Below, piece after piece: positions 29,347 through 38,474 of a stretch of 64,000 nt of DNA; the first letter of the stretch is position 1; every line of letters starts with the position of its first letter. The translations under genes and the position numbers were made by a program. The notes below the pieces were generated by a model. That model ran no database searches. It was not told the origin of the DNA and was given only the letters and a program-made list of their open reading frames with translations. The stretch is from Nitrososphaeria archaeon (GTDB lineage Archaea > Thermoproteota > Nitrososphaeria > JACIWG01): positions 1 through 64,000 of the forward strand of contig CAVVXT010000003.1 of assembly GCA_963752255.1 (NCBI GenBank). Reading direction: 5' to 3'.

Positions 29347-29571
29347 TTATTTCCCGCTAAAGTACTTGAATAGTCCGATAATAATGCCCGCTATTGCAGC
29401 ACCTGCTCCGCCGCCTGTTGCCAGCGTGCTGGCACGACTCGTGGGGCACGCTCTGCCACAGTTCACCTTGATGTCGTAGATTTCGCCCGCCAGAAACGTG
29501 AGTTTGTCGTCTGGTTGCAACGACTTGAACTTTTCCGTGTATTCCATTTTGTCGAGCATTTCAGAGGCCAT
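29347..29571 (-). CDS. Small protein with C-terminal TM helix (holin/XhlA-like position)
   Basis: GAGG RBS, MASEMLDK..., 'GGGAGAAIAGIIIGLFKYF'. Confidence 0.55.
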   Translation of the reverse strand: MASEMLDKMEYTEKFKSLQPDDKLTFLAGEIYDIKVNCGRACPTSRASTLATGGGAGAAIAGIIIGLFKYFSGK

Positions 29572-29589
29572 GGGCAGGGTCCTCACTTT

Positions 29590-30331
29590 CGAGATTAGAA
29601 ATTCCACTCCATCATACCGGCGGAAACATAAAATGTCGACTCCCGTGCTATTCGTCTGCACGAGTCCGGCGCCAAAGGGAGCAGCAGATACCCCTGATGT
29701 TGGCAGATTGTTTGTTTTGTCCGCTTTGGCTGATGTACCTACCCACGTATGGAGATAACCGCTGACTAATTGTTGCCTTGATAAGATAACCATTATTAGC
29801 GGACAAATTAGTTGACAGGCTAAGACTGGACTTATTCGCACCATCCGCAGAGACGGCATAGAGAGCACCATTTATAACCTGAATCCCGAAATAGTTGTAA
29901 GACGATGCGCCATCAGCCTCTTGTGTCGGATAACCGACCTGAAACGATGCAGTGTTACTCGCCACGCTGGACAGAGAAATATAAATAATATATGACGGGT
30001 GTTTAGCACCTAATGCCAGCGGATAGAACGCATTGCTAGGTGGAGATGCATAGGCGTACTGTGCATTGGTTGTCGTTGCCAACGATACCTGTCCGCCTAC
30101 GAGTGTTGCTGTACCACCGGAGAGAGATGTGGAAAGACCAGACCACCAAATAGGAAAGCGCATCGCACCGAGAATAGAACTACTGGGAATATTGAACGTG
30201 GCATCGGCATAACTTTTGGCATCATCATACTGGGTTTCGAGGTTATTTAATGCTGCCGCCGTGATGGGAGTTCCGCCTCCTGCACCCGGAAGCCATAGTC
30301 CAGAGTAGTTTTTAACGTAGGGATAGGTCAT
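29590..30331 (-). CDS. Tail fibre / receptor-binding protein (frameshifted C-terminus)
   Basis: 'W.....TPITAAALNNLET' N-terminal motif; beta-rich body; GGAGG RBS. Confidence 0.65.
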
Positions 30332-30341
30332 ATGCCTCCTC

Positions 30342-30683
30342 TTACGAAACTAATTGTGCGATAATATCCTTCAAGTCAAAATTAATCGAAAATAGTGCTG
30401 TTTTTACTTTGGCGTAGGTAAAGCGGCATACCATGATTCCGCTGTTAGCCGTGATAGTTGCCGCAGCACCCGCAAAAAAAGCGACTTCGGCAATCGTTAC
30501 TCCGGCGGCATCGGTCGGAGAGAGATACTGAATCGTATCAAGAATCCCGGCAGTGCCGGGAGTAAATGACGTAATCGCCTTGCGCCCAACTTCGGCGTTA
30601 AGTTGCGTTAGAGTATTCGGTGAGGGATTCACTGTGCCGTCCGTGCCCCATGCCATGTATTTGATTTGCCCGTCCGAAATATT
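30342..30683 (-). CDS. Baseplate/tail protein, 5'-truncated at the junction
   Basis: 'IKYMAWGTDG...LTQL.AEVGRK' and 'I.EVAFF'; upstream frame NISDGQIKY ends in foreign sequence with no RBS. Confidence 0.65.
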   Translation of the reverse strand, partial: NISDGQIKYMAWGTDGTVNPSPNTLTQLNAEVGRKAITSFTPGTAGILDTIQYLSPTDAAGVTIAEVAFFAGAAATITANSGIMVCRFTYAKVKTALFSINFDLKDIIAQLVS

Positions 30684-31054
30684 TTAGCAAAGAGTTTGAT
30701 TCCACTTATCATGTCGGATAGAATTCCCTTGTGTATGGAAGGCTCTTCCAGATATTCCCAGTCCTCGCTTTTATTAATACTGAACTTGGTTACTTTAGCT
30801 GCCCCCTCTATTGAGTTTGTATATTCAACTTCACATCCAAAGGCGATTGGCATGTAACCGCCGCTTAGAGAAAATTTCACCAAATCGATATCGTATCTCC
30901 TTAGATATTCTTTGTGGCGGTTGTAGATTGCTTCCCCTCTAAGGTCGTCTATCGGAAAGTGTCTCCAAAAGCTAACTGGTATTTCATCCATAACTTCTCC
31001 GCTTTTCAGCATTTCTATTTTTTCAAATTTAGAAGTCAAATCGATTCTCTCCAA
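30684..31054 (-). pseudogene. Uroporphyrinogen decarboxylase / MtaA-CmuA family protein, 3'-truncated
   Basis: 'D.IPVSFWRHFP..D', 'DLVKF' and 'I...EDW..L'; family match stops after about 125 aa. Confidence 0.7.
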
Positions 31055-31197
31055 TTTGGATACAACCGGTTAAGTTATAAGAATTTTTAAGATCCATTCT
31101 AAACTCGAAAGGTATTTTCGTTCAGTTCACTGAACTGCTATAATTGAAGAATGATATTTTAGCTGAACATCGTAAAATAATTTTATCGGAACTTTAA

Positions 31198-31992
31198 CTA
31201 AAGGAATTGGTAGGAGAGCTCAGATGGATTTGATGGGTGAATAACAAGAACGAACGGTTTACCACCGTAAAAGTGAGTGGAACTAACGGTTATAACTTTC
31301 CCACTATGTTCAAAGAAAGGTTCAAAAAGGGATTTATTGGGCTCATGGCTTCGTATTATTCTTTTTACAGCAAGTCTCTTACAGACGTCATCTGTAACAT
31401 CTTCTCCAAAAAAGATTCCTACGCCTCTGCTATTGGGTCGCTCCCCTTTTCCTTCAAAGGGATCTGACCAAAGTATATCGGTTTCAATCTCCTTTGAAGT
31501 CTTCTTTAGAGACTCTATACTAATAATTTTATTAGATACACCTCCATGTACGAAAAGGTTTTCTCCTGGCAAAAGGGCTGATAAATACAGCTTTCTTAGG
31601 AAAGGTTGAAGTGTGGTTAGAAAATATTTTTGCCAATCATGTCTTTTTCTTTCCGCTTCACTTATTAGATCACATGGATAGAAGAGAGGTTTACCATCGT
31701 ACGAATAATCTTCATGATTTCCCTTTAAAACGATAACACTTTGAGGATTACTGTTTTTGAGAGAGTTGATTGCATCTATTACTTCGATTCCGTTTGGGCC
31801 TCGATCCGCATAATCCCCCAAGAAAATAATTGCGTCTTTTGAAGGCTCGAATATTCTGAGAAGGGAATTAATTACTTCAATATCACCATGAACATCGCCG
31901 ACCACCATCAGTTTATTTAACCTTCTAAATCGGAACTGATCCAGCTTAAACAAGTTATTTTCACAGGTATCATTCTTTATCTTAGAAACCAT
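31198..31992 (-). CDS. PPP-family Ser/Thr protein phosphatase
   Basis: GDVHG, GDYADRG, GNHE, HGG, 'ILWSDP', 'RG.G..FG', 'IRSHE'. Confidence 0.9.
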   Translation of the reverse strand: MVSKIKNDTCENNLFKLDQFRFRRLNKLMVVGDVHGDIEVINSLLRIFEPSKDAIIFLGDYADRGPNGIEVIDAINSLKNSNPQSVIVLKGNHEDYSYDGKPLFYPCDLISEAERKRHDWQKYFLTTLQPFLRKLYLSALLPGENLFVHGGVSNKIISIESLKKTSKEIETDILWSDPFEGKGERPNSRGVGIFFGEDVTDDVCKRLAVKRIIRSHEPNKSLFEPFFEHSGKVITVSSTHFYGGKPFVLVIHPSNPSELSYQFL

Positions 31993-32126
31993 TATTTCGG
32001 CGTTAGCAGAATAGAGAATTTAAAGATATCATGTAAGTTGCATAGATTGTTAAAAAACAAAATAGAAATGCTGGGCATCTTTGAGAAACCTTTAAGAGCC
32101 TAATTACCATCATAACAAATGATTAA

Positions 32127-32738
32127 ATGTTCTTTCGGCAAATAAAATACTTCAGCGACAACTTTTCTTATGTCATCGCAGACGAGGAAGTAAGAGAATC
32201 AGTGGTCGTTGATCCAAGTTTTAACTTTGATGCCATAAAAAAGTTGCTTCAGGAATACAATTTAAAGGTCACATTTGTGATTAATACACACTACCATAGC
32301 GACCATACAGCTGACAATAATAAATTTAAAACAGTATACACTGCAAAGATAGTCGCACATAAAATATCGCCTATTGAAAAAGATATCGGAGTCGAAGAGA
32401 GTGATACCATAAAAGTTGGTAAAGACTCTATTAAGGTGATTCATACACCTGGTCATACGCCTGACAGCATATGTCTATTATGTAACACCAAATTACTTAC
32501 AGGTGACACACTTTTTGTAGGAGAATGCGGTAGAACAGATCTGCCAGGAGGAAGCTCTAAAGACATGTACTTTAGTCTATTTAATAAACTAATGAAACTC
32601 GACGATAATATTGAAGTATATCCTGGTCATGATTATGGAAGGTCTACGAGTTCAACGATTGGTAGTGAGAGAATTACAAACTATGTGCTTAAGAAAAGAT
32701 CCCTTGAAGAATTCATAGAGTTTATGAGGCAACCTTAA
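32127..32738 (+). CDS. MBL-fold hydrolase (glyoxalase II/ETHE1-like)
   Basis: 'THYHSDH', 'TPGHT', 'TGDTLF', 'PGHDY'. Confidence 0.9.
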   Translation: MFFRQIKYFSDNFSYVIADEEVRESVVVDPSFNFDAIKKLLQEYNLKVTFVINTHYHSDHTADNNKFKTVYTAKIVAHKISPIEKDIGVEESDTIKVGKDSIKVIHTPGHTPDSICLLCNTKLLTGDTLFVGECGRTDLPGGSSKDMYFSLFNKLMKLDDNIEVYPGHDYGRSTSSTIGSERITNYVLKKRSLEEFIEFMRQP

Positions 32739-32811
32739 AATTCAAGATAGGTATAATCTATTGAAAAATCATCTGGTGTGATGAAGATTTAATTTAAAGT
32801 TGATTTGTTCT

Positions 32812-33696
32812 TTAAATATATTCAAATATTTTGTTCTTAAGATCTTGGTAGGCTTCGGGTTTAAGTGGTAAAGATGGCTTCCGTGGGATACCTGCAGGCT
32901 GACCTAGAATGTTTAAAGCTGCTTTTATAGAACTAATCTGATTGTACTTTTTGACCAGTAAATCTGTTAACAAAACTGCTTTTAACTGCAGTTTCTTAGC
33001 TTCCTCATGGTCTTTCTTGAGGAACGCCCTATAGATATCTGAGCAGAGCTTTGGTGCGACATTGGCGATGGCGACAATTCCACCAGATGCACCCATTTCT
33101 AGTGCGGGAAGTATCATATCTCCTGTGCCTGCGAAAATAGATACTCTATCGCCCACATGCGCTATGAGTTCTGAAATTCGCCCGATAAGTCCACTTGAAT
33201 CTTTTATTCCAATTATCTGGTTATATTCTTTTACAAGATTTCGTATGACGCTTATACTCATATTATAGTTTGTAAACTTTGGGACGTTATACAATATGAT
33301 GGGCATGTCAACTGCATCGAGCACTGCCTTAAAGTGGTTGAAAAGTTCATCATCATTTGGTATAAAGTAATATGGTGTAACAATTAGAGCGGCATCTGCG
33401 CCAGCATCCTTTGCATCTTTTGTAAGGGCAATCGTCTCACGAGTGCTGGCCGAGCCTGTACCCGCTATAACAGGTATTCGATTCTTCACTTCGTTAAGAA
33501 CGATTTCTAGTACTTTCCTTCTTTCTTCTCTAGTCATATACACCGCTTCACCGTTGCTTCCACATGACACCAGCCCATCGGATCCTGCATCTGTCCAATA
33601 TTGAACTAATTTTCGTAGAGCAGGTTCGTCAAGTTCTTCATCTTTTTTGAATGGCGTGATGTGTGGCGGTATTATACCAGAAATTTTTAGAACCAA
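32812..33696 (-). CDS. DapA/DHDPS-family aldolase
   Basis: 'GSNGE', 'LYNVP', 'GIKDSSG'; GSNGE is typical of HOGA-like members. Confidence 0.88.
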   Translation of the reverse strand: MVLKISGIIPPHITPFKKDEELDEPALRKLVQYWTDAGSDGLVSCGSNGEAVYMTREERRKVLEIVLNEVKNRIPVIAGTGSASTRETIALTKDAKDAGADAALIVTPYYFIPNDDELFNHFKAVLDAVDMPIILYNVPKFTNYNMSISVIRNLVKEYNQIIGIKDSSGLIGRISELIAHVGDRVSIFAGTGDMILPALEMGASGGIVAIANVAPKLCSDIYRAFLKKDHEEAKKLQLKAVLLTDLLVKKYNQISSIKAALNILGQPAGIPRKPSLPLKPEAYQDLKNKIFEYI

Positions 33697-33872
33697 AATA
33701 AGTCGTTTAAACCAACTTACGACAATTTATAAATGTTGCTTTAAGAGGGAAAAAAGCTTATGCCACGTTATATATTTAATTTTAAGACTAAAAAATAGAA
33801 CTTTGGCAAGAAAAAAAATATTTTGTTTTCAAATTTATATATGTCGATTTTGTAGTATGACTGAAGGAAGAA

Positions 33873-33926
33873 ATGCCAGAAAAAAAGAAAGTTGCTAAAA
33901 AGAAAGTAGCCAAGAAGACTAAGTAG
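33873..33926 (+). CDS. 17-aa Lys-rich microprotein MPEKKKVAKKKVAKKTK
   Basis: TTTATATA box at 33834-41, GAAGGAAG before the ATG, oligo-T tract at ~33949-61. Confidence 0.5.
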   Translation: MPEKKKVAKKKVAKKTK

Positions 33927-34046
33927 TTCTTCTGCATAGTATACTAACTTATTTTTTTTTCAAGTTTAACTTAATTATAATTTTCGAAGGCTAAACGATA
34001 AACTTGTTAAAATATTTTTATCCATGCAGATGTTACTTACAAATAG

Positions 34047-34409
34047 TTGAGTGAACCTGATAAAGATTTTAAAGCATATGTTGTCGCATTGATCCTATCA
34101 AGAAAAACAGAGGTAGCGGTCCAAATTCTGAGTAATAAATATAGAGTTGACGTTCCAAATTTGGCGGTAGGTCATGTAAAGGGGAAAAAGAAGGCTGCCG
34201 GAGTATATGTAACAGCAAAGAAGTTGATATTGGTATCAAACGGTGAAAACCTGTGGGATCCATTTATTATCCTGCACGAATTTTACCATCATATAAGAAA
34301 TGAGGGTGGCAAACAACTAGGAAACGAAAAATTGGCTGATGCCTTTGCACGTGATTATATCAATGTTTTCAAGGAGCAGATATCACGCAAAACATTTTTT
34401 TCATCCTAG
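34047..34409 (+). CDS. Small HExxH zincin-like protein
   Basis: 'ILHEFYHH....E..AD.FA'. Confidence 0.7.
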   Translation: MSEPDKDFKAYVVALILSRKTEVAVQILSNKYRVDVPNLAVGHVKGKKKAAGVYVTAKKLILVSNGENLWDPFIILHEFYHHIRNEGGKQLGNEKLADAFARDYINVFKEQISRKTFFSS

Positions 34410-34464
34410 TTTAAGATCGCTGTCTTTTCTCTAACAAAATGCAATTCTTTCTGCTTTTCAATTT

Positions 34465-34878
34465 CTACTGAGTTTGAAAAATCTGTTTGCGATCGAATAA
34501 ATTGCCTTTTCCTATTCCGGGACATTCTTCATCGTAAATAATCAGGTATCTTTGGCCATCTGGGCCAGAAATTCTTATAGCAAAATTGTCAGCTTTAATA
34601 CCCAATTTTGTAAGATCGGATTCAAGCACCGACGAAAAAGGGTACATGCGACAGAGTTCAGGACGCTTTTCATAGATTGTGCATGAAATATGGTCTAAAA
34701 GGCAGCATACAAGTCCATTTTCTCTAAAAACTTTTCTTGTCGTTCGCCACTTTTTGTCTGCAAATTCTCTAAGCGTTTCCATCTCTATATCATTTAGTTG
34801 CACATCCAGATGACAGCATTTTGTGCACCTTTTGCACTTAAAACGAGTTGACAGGGTTACAAAGTTTAAATCTTGCAC
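34465..34878 (-). CDS. YkgJ/CxxCxxCC Fe-S or Zn-binding protein
   Basis: 'FKCKRCTKCC' and 'C.IYE.RP..CR.YPF'. Confidence 0.85.
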   Translation of the reverse strand: MQDLNFVTLSTRFKCKRCTKCCHLDVQLNDIEMETLREFADKKWRTTRKVFRENGLVCCLLDHISCTIYEKRPELCRMYPFSSVLESDLTKLGIKADNFAIRISGPDGQRYLIIYDEECPGIGKGNLFDRKQIFQTQ

Positions 34879-35042
34879 GGTGGATCTCTTAGACTAACTT
34901 ATTGGTAAAAGAAAAAGATATGCATTTTTCATTTAAAAAATGAGCACTTACAAAATTTCTAAAATACGCTTTTGGCTAATAGGAGCGCATCCCAAATTTT
35001 CACTTTATCTTTCTTTTATGTAATCGCTTATTAGACCACTTT

Positions 35043-36014
35043 GTGCAAGTCGTAGCGGTTGATAAAACATTGATTACCAAACGAGTAGCCTGCGTTGGAG
35101 TTGGGCTGATAGGTCATGGTTGGGCCACACTCTTTGCATGGAAAGGTTACGATGTAGCAATTTACGATATTAATGATGCCTCAACTAGGAAAGCACTGCA
35201 TGGAATAAAGCAAAATTTAATCCTTCTAAGTAAAGAAGATTTACTTGGAAAGGAATCGCTGGAAGCATGTTATAGGAGAGTAAAGGTTGCAAAAAGTTTA
35301 GATGTCGCTGTAAGTGATGCGCAGTATATTCAAGAATCGGTCTACGAAAAATATAAAATCAAAAAAGAAGTGTTCAAAATGGTAGATCGTTATGCACCAA
35401 AAGATGCGATAATTGCAAGCAGCTCATCGACTCTAAAAATGACTAACATACAGAAGTCTGCGAACAATCCGGAGAGATGCGTTCTAGTTCACCCGTGGAA
35501 TCCCACGTATCTCATGCCTTTAGTGGAGATCGTAAGTGGCAAGAAAACCTCTAAAGAAACTGTTAAGAACGCTAAGGAGTTTATGACCAAACTTGGTAAA
35601 GTAGCTATTGTGCAGAAGAAAGAGGTCAACGGTACAATAGGTAACCGTCTAGCGGCAGCACTTTGGAGGGAGGCTATAGATTTGGTCTATAAGGATGTTG
35701 CAGAACTTGAGGACATAGATAAAGCTGTTAATGCTGGACCTGGAATGCGATGGGCGATTATAGGACCACACCTTAGTTATCATCTTGGAGGTGGAAGTGG
35801 TGGAATAGAATATTATCTCCACCATATAGGACCAACAATGGCTTCCAGGTGGAGAACGCTTGCTAAGTGGACATCTATTCCTCCAGCTGCCGAAAAGAAA
35901 ATCATAGAAGGGATGAAGAGGACAAAGATATTGAAAGAGAAATCTATAGACGAGGTAATGGAATGGAGAGATAGAAGGTTAGCAATTCTTCTGAAGTCTT
36001 TGTATGATCAGTGA
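35043..36014 (+). CDS. 3-hydroxyacyl-CoA dehydrogenase family (L-carnitine/gulonate DH-like)
   Basis: 'GVGLIG.GW', 'QES..E', 'SSSS', 'HPWNP..L.PLVE', 'GPG.RW'. Confidence 0.9.
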   Translation: MQVVAVDKTLITKRVACVGVGLIGHGWATLFAWKGYDVAIYDINDASTRKALHGIKQNLILLSKEDLLGKESLEACYRRVKVAKSLDVAVSDAQYIQESVYEKYKIKKEVFKMVDRYAPKDAIIASSSSTLKMTNIQKSANNPERCVLVHPWNPTYLMPLVEIVSGKKTSKETVKNAKEFMTKLGKVAIVQKKEVNGTIGNRLAAALWREAIDLVYKDVAELEDIDKAVNAGPGMRWAIIGPHLSYHLGGGSGGIEYYLHHIGPTMASRWRTLAKWTSIPPAAEKKIIEGMKRTKILKEKSIDEVMEWRDRRLAILLKSLYDQ

Positions 36015-36106
36015 CTTACATATTACAGGATTGATTTACTTTGTATATTGCTGCTTAAAAAATAATAATACTTATAAAGGGAGCTATAACGCTGTTATAG
36101 TGCCGT

Positions 36107-36583
36107 ATGTACTCTGAGAAATTGGAAAAAGCAGTGAAATATGGAGAAATCTTCAATATCGTTAAGATGGCTGTCGCCGAAAGGCTGGGCCTTCATCGGG
36201 CAGGGCTCTCCCTTGTTCTAATGGACCTTCCTCCGAACGTTCTAGGAATGCACCAGTTGGGTTCTAATAGCATAGTTATGGACAGTAAGATTCTGGATGC
36301 AGTTAATAGTGGATTAAGCAGCAAGATAGAACGTAACTCATATATCTTCGTCATACTTCTCCATGAATATCTTCACAGCTTTAACATATCTAGTGAACAA
36401 AAGGTAAGGGATCTTGTAATAGATGTCGTTGAATTCTCTTTTGGGAAAGGTCATCCTACTCATAATTTGGCTCGGAACCCTCTAAGCCTGTTCGGGAACA
36501 TCCCTATTACAATAAAGCGTTCTCCCAGCGAGCCGTCAATCATAAGAGATTTTGACAGAGAAAGTATGCCGTTTATAGGCTAG
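36107..36583 (+). CDS. Archaeal HExxH metallopeptidase-like protein
   Basis: 'R.GL.L.L.DLP' and 'LLHEYLHS'. Confidence 0.75.
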   Translation: MYSEKLEKAVKYGEIFNIVKMAVAERLGLHRAGLSLVLMDLPPNVLGMHQLGSNSIVMDSKILDAVNSGLSSKIERNSYIFVILLHEYLHSFNISSEQKVRDLVIDVVEFSFGKGHPTHNLARNPLSLFGNIPITIKRSPSEPSIIRDFDRESMPFIG

Positions 36584-36628
36584 TAAAGTCTTTAAAGAAT
36601 GCTAAATATCTGGGTTCGATGATTAGTA

Positions 36629-37624
36629 ATGAAATATGTTAGACTTGGGTGGTCGGGTCTAAAAGTCTCCCAGGTTACTTTAGGCTGCTGGCATTTTGGT
36701 AACTCTGAACCTTGGATGGTGGAAAAAGTTGAAGCGAAGAAGGTTGTTGACAGGGCCTTAGATCTTGGTATAAATTTTTTTGATACAGCTAACGTCTACT
36801 CGCTTGGAAGGTCCGAGGAGATTGTTGGAGAGTTGCTTAAAGATGTTAGGGAGGACGTTGTCGTCGCTACGAAGGTCTTTAATTTGATGGGGGATAAGCC
36901 TAATCAAGGAGGTCTTTCTCGTAAGCATATATTAGACCAGGTGAAAGAATCGCTTAACCGGCTTCAAACGGATTATATAGACCTCTACCAGACGCATAGG
37001 TGGGACTATGAAACATCAATTGATGAAACTCTTTCAACCCTGAACGATCTTGTTAGAAGTGGTTTAGTCCGATATATTGGGGGTTCTAGTATGTGGGCTT
37101 GGCAGTTTTCTAAGGCTTTGTATGCGAGTGAAATCAAGGGTTATGAGAAATTTACAAGCATGCAGGACAAGTGGAATCTGCTGTACAGGGAAGAGGAAAG
37201 GGAGATGGTGCCCCTATGCAAAGACCGGAACATAGGAATAATCCCATATAACCCGATAGCAGTCGGTCTTCTTGCAGGACGATTTATTAAAGATGGAAAA
37301 ATAATGTTGGAAAAAACTGATATGAAAAGACTGCAACCTGATAACAGGATCTCTTCATACTACTATAAACCGTATATCGAACCTCCAGAAAATGCTGGAA
37401 TAGTAAAAAGGGTTATAGAGGTGGCACAAAGTAAAGGCGTAAAACCTGCGCAGATAGCTCTTGCTTGGCTGTTTTACAGAGGGGCTACGGCTCCAATTAT
37501 TGGGACATCGAACCCTGAACATGTACAGGAAGCAGTGGATGCTATAGATATCACTCTTTCAAACGACGAAGTAAAATATTTAGAGGAACTATACAAACCT
37601 AAACAGATTTCGGGGCACAAGTAA
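36629..37624 (+). CDS. Aldo/keto reductase
   Basis: 'GINFFDTANVYS.G.SE', 'ATK', 'DYIDLYQ.H'. Confidence 0.93.
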   Translation: MKYVRLGWSGLKVSQVTLGCWHFGNSEPWMVEKVEAKKVVDRALDLGINFFDTANVYSLGRSEEIVGELLKDVREDVVVATKVFNLMGDKPNQGGLSRKHILDQVKESLNRLQTDYIDLYQTHRWDYETSIDETLSTLNDLVRSGLVRYIGGSSMWAWQFSKALYASEIKGYEKFTSMQDKWNLLYREEEREMVPLCKDRNIGIIPYNPIAVGLLAGRFIKDGKIMLEKTDMKRLQPDNRISSYYYKPYIEPPENAGIVKRVIEVAQSKGVKPAQIALAWLFYRGATAPIIGTSNPEHVQEAVDAIDITLSNDEVKYLEELYKPKQISGHK

Positions 37625-37919
37625 ATTTAAGGAATCCTCTGACAAATAATTAAACGGTTATAAGTAGAATCCTAATCGAATACCAATAATTAAACCATTC
37701 AAAACTGGGGAAGAGTAAGTTCCTTTGTTTATTTCTTAATTTGGAATACACTAGATTATGAAAATTCAGTTGTCATTATCTTCTAGGAATGATGCGATGT
37801 TCTTATATTCAGAGCATCCTTGTCGCAAAACCGTATCGGAAGAAGATATCAAAAGGATTTTTACAGAATAGCTCGCACGCATTCAGCAATAAAGGGGTAG
37901 AAAAGGGGAGCCGTTTTTG

Positions 37920-38285
37920 TCATTTTTTAAAGAATCCTAGAACTCCACCAATTATACCAAAGAACAAGCCAACAAATAATCCGCCGACAGTGTAGAAGAG
38001 GCCTAGGATGGAAAATACTATGACAATAATGCTGCCTATCATTTCTCTACCAGGCCTTTTTATCAGAAACGCTCCGACAATTACCATCATGGCCAATAAA
38101 AGTCCTATTATGACTGTTATTGTGACATCCCCGGATGTGAAGGGTAGAACCGACGTGTCGTTGGTGTTCTGAATTGAAGTGTAGGCAGGGAGCAGTAGTA
38201 AAGCGAAGAATGCATCGATAATTCCACCGATCAGTGAAAACATGAATCCATATCTAGCACTTTTAACTGGACCTGCCTCCATCAT
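37920..38285 (-). CDS. Four-TM membrane protein
   Basis: Hydrophobic helices, 'SLIGGI' and 'GIIGG.L'. Confidence 0.7.
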   Translation of the reverse strand: MMEAGPVKSARYGFMFSLIGGIIDAFFALLLLPAYTSIQNTNDTSVLPFTSGDVTITVIIGLLLAMMVIVGAFLIKRPGREMIGSIIVIVFSILGLFYTVGGLFVGLFFGIIGGVLGFFKK

Positions 38286-38474
38286 TTTTTCTCTTTTGTC
38301 AATGTAATATAAAGTTGATTATAAGTCTTTTTTCCAGAGAATGGTCGAAGATCTTTTGACTTTTTCGAAGGAGATAGATAGAAACCTGCATACAGAGTTA
38401 AGATGATTCTAGAAACAATAATTATCGCCTACGAAATTAGAAATAAGGAAATAAATTATTATAGTAATAATTTA

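Noticed and set aside
1-30680. Provirus integrated in the archaeal chromosome
   Set aside because: Bacterial expression signals, intact attP, and a junction that falls mid-gene on both sides
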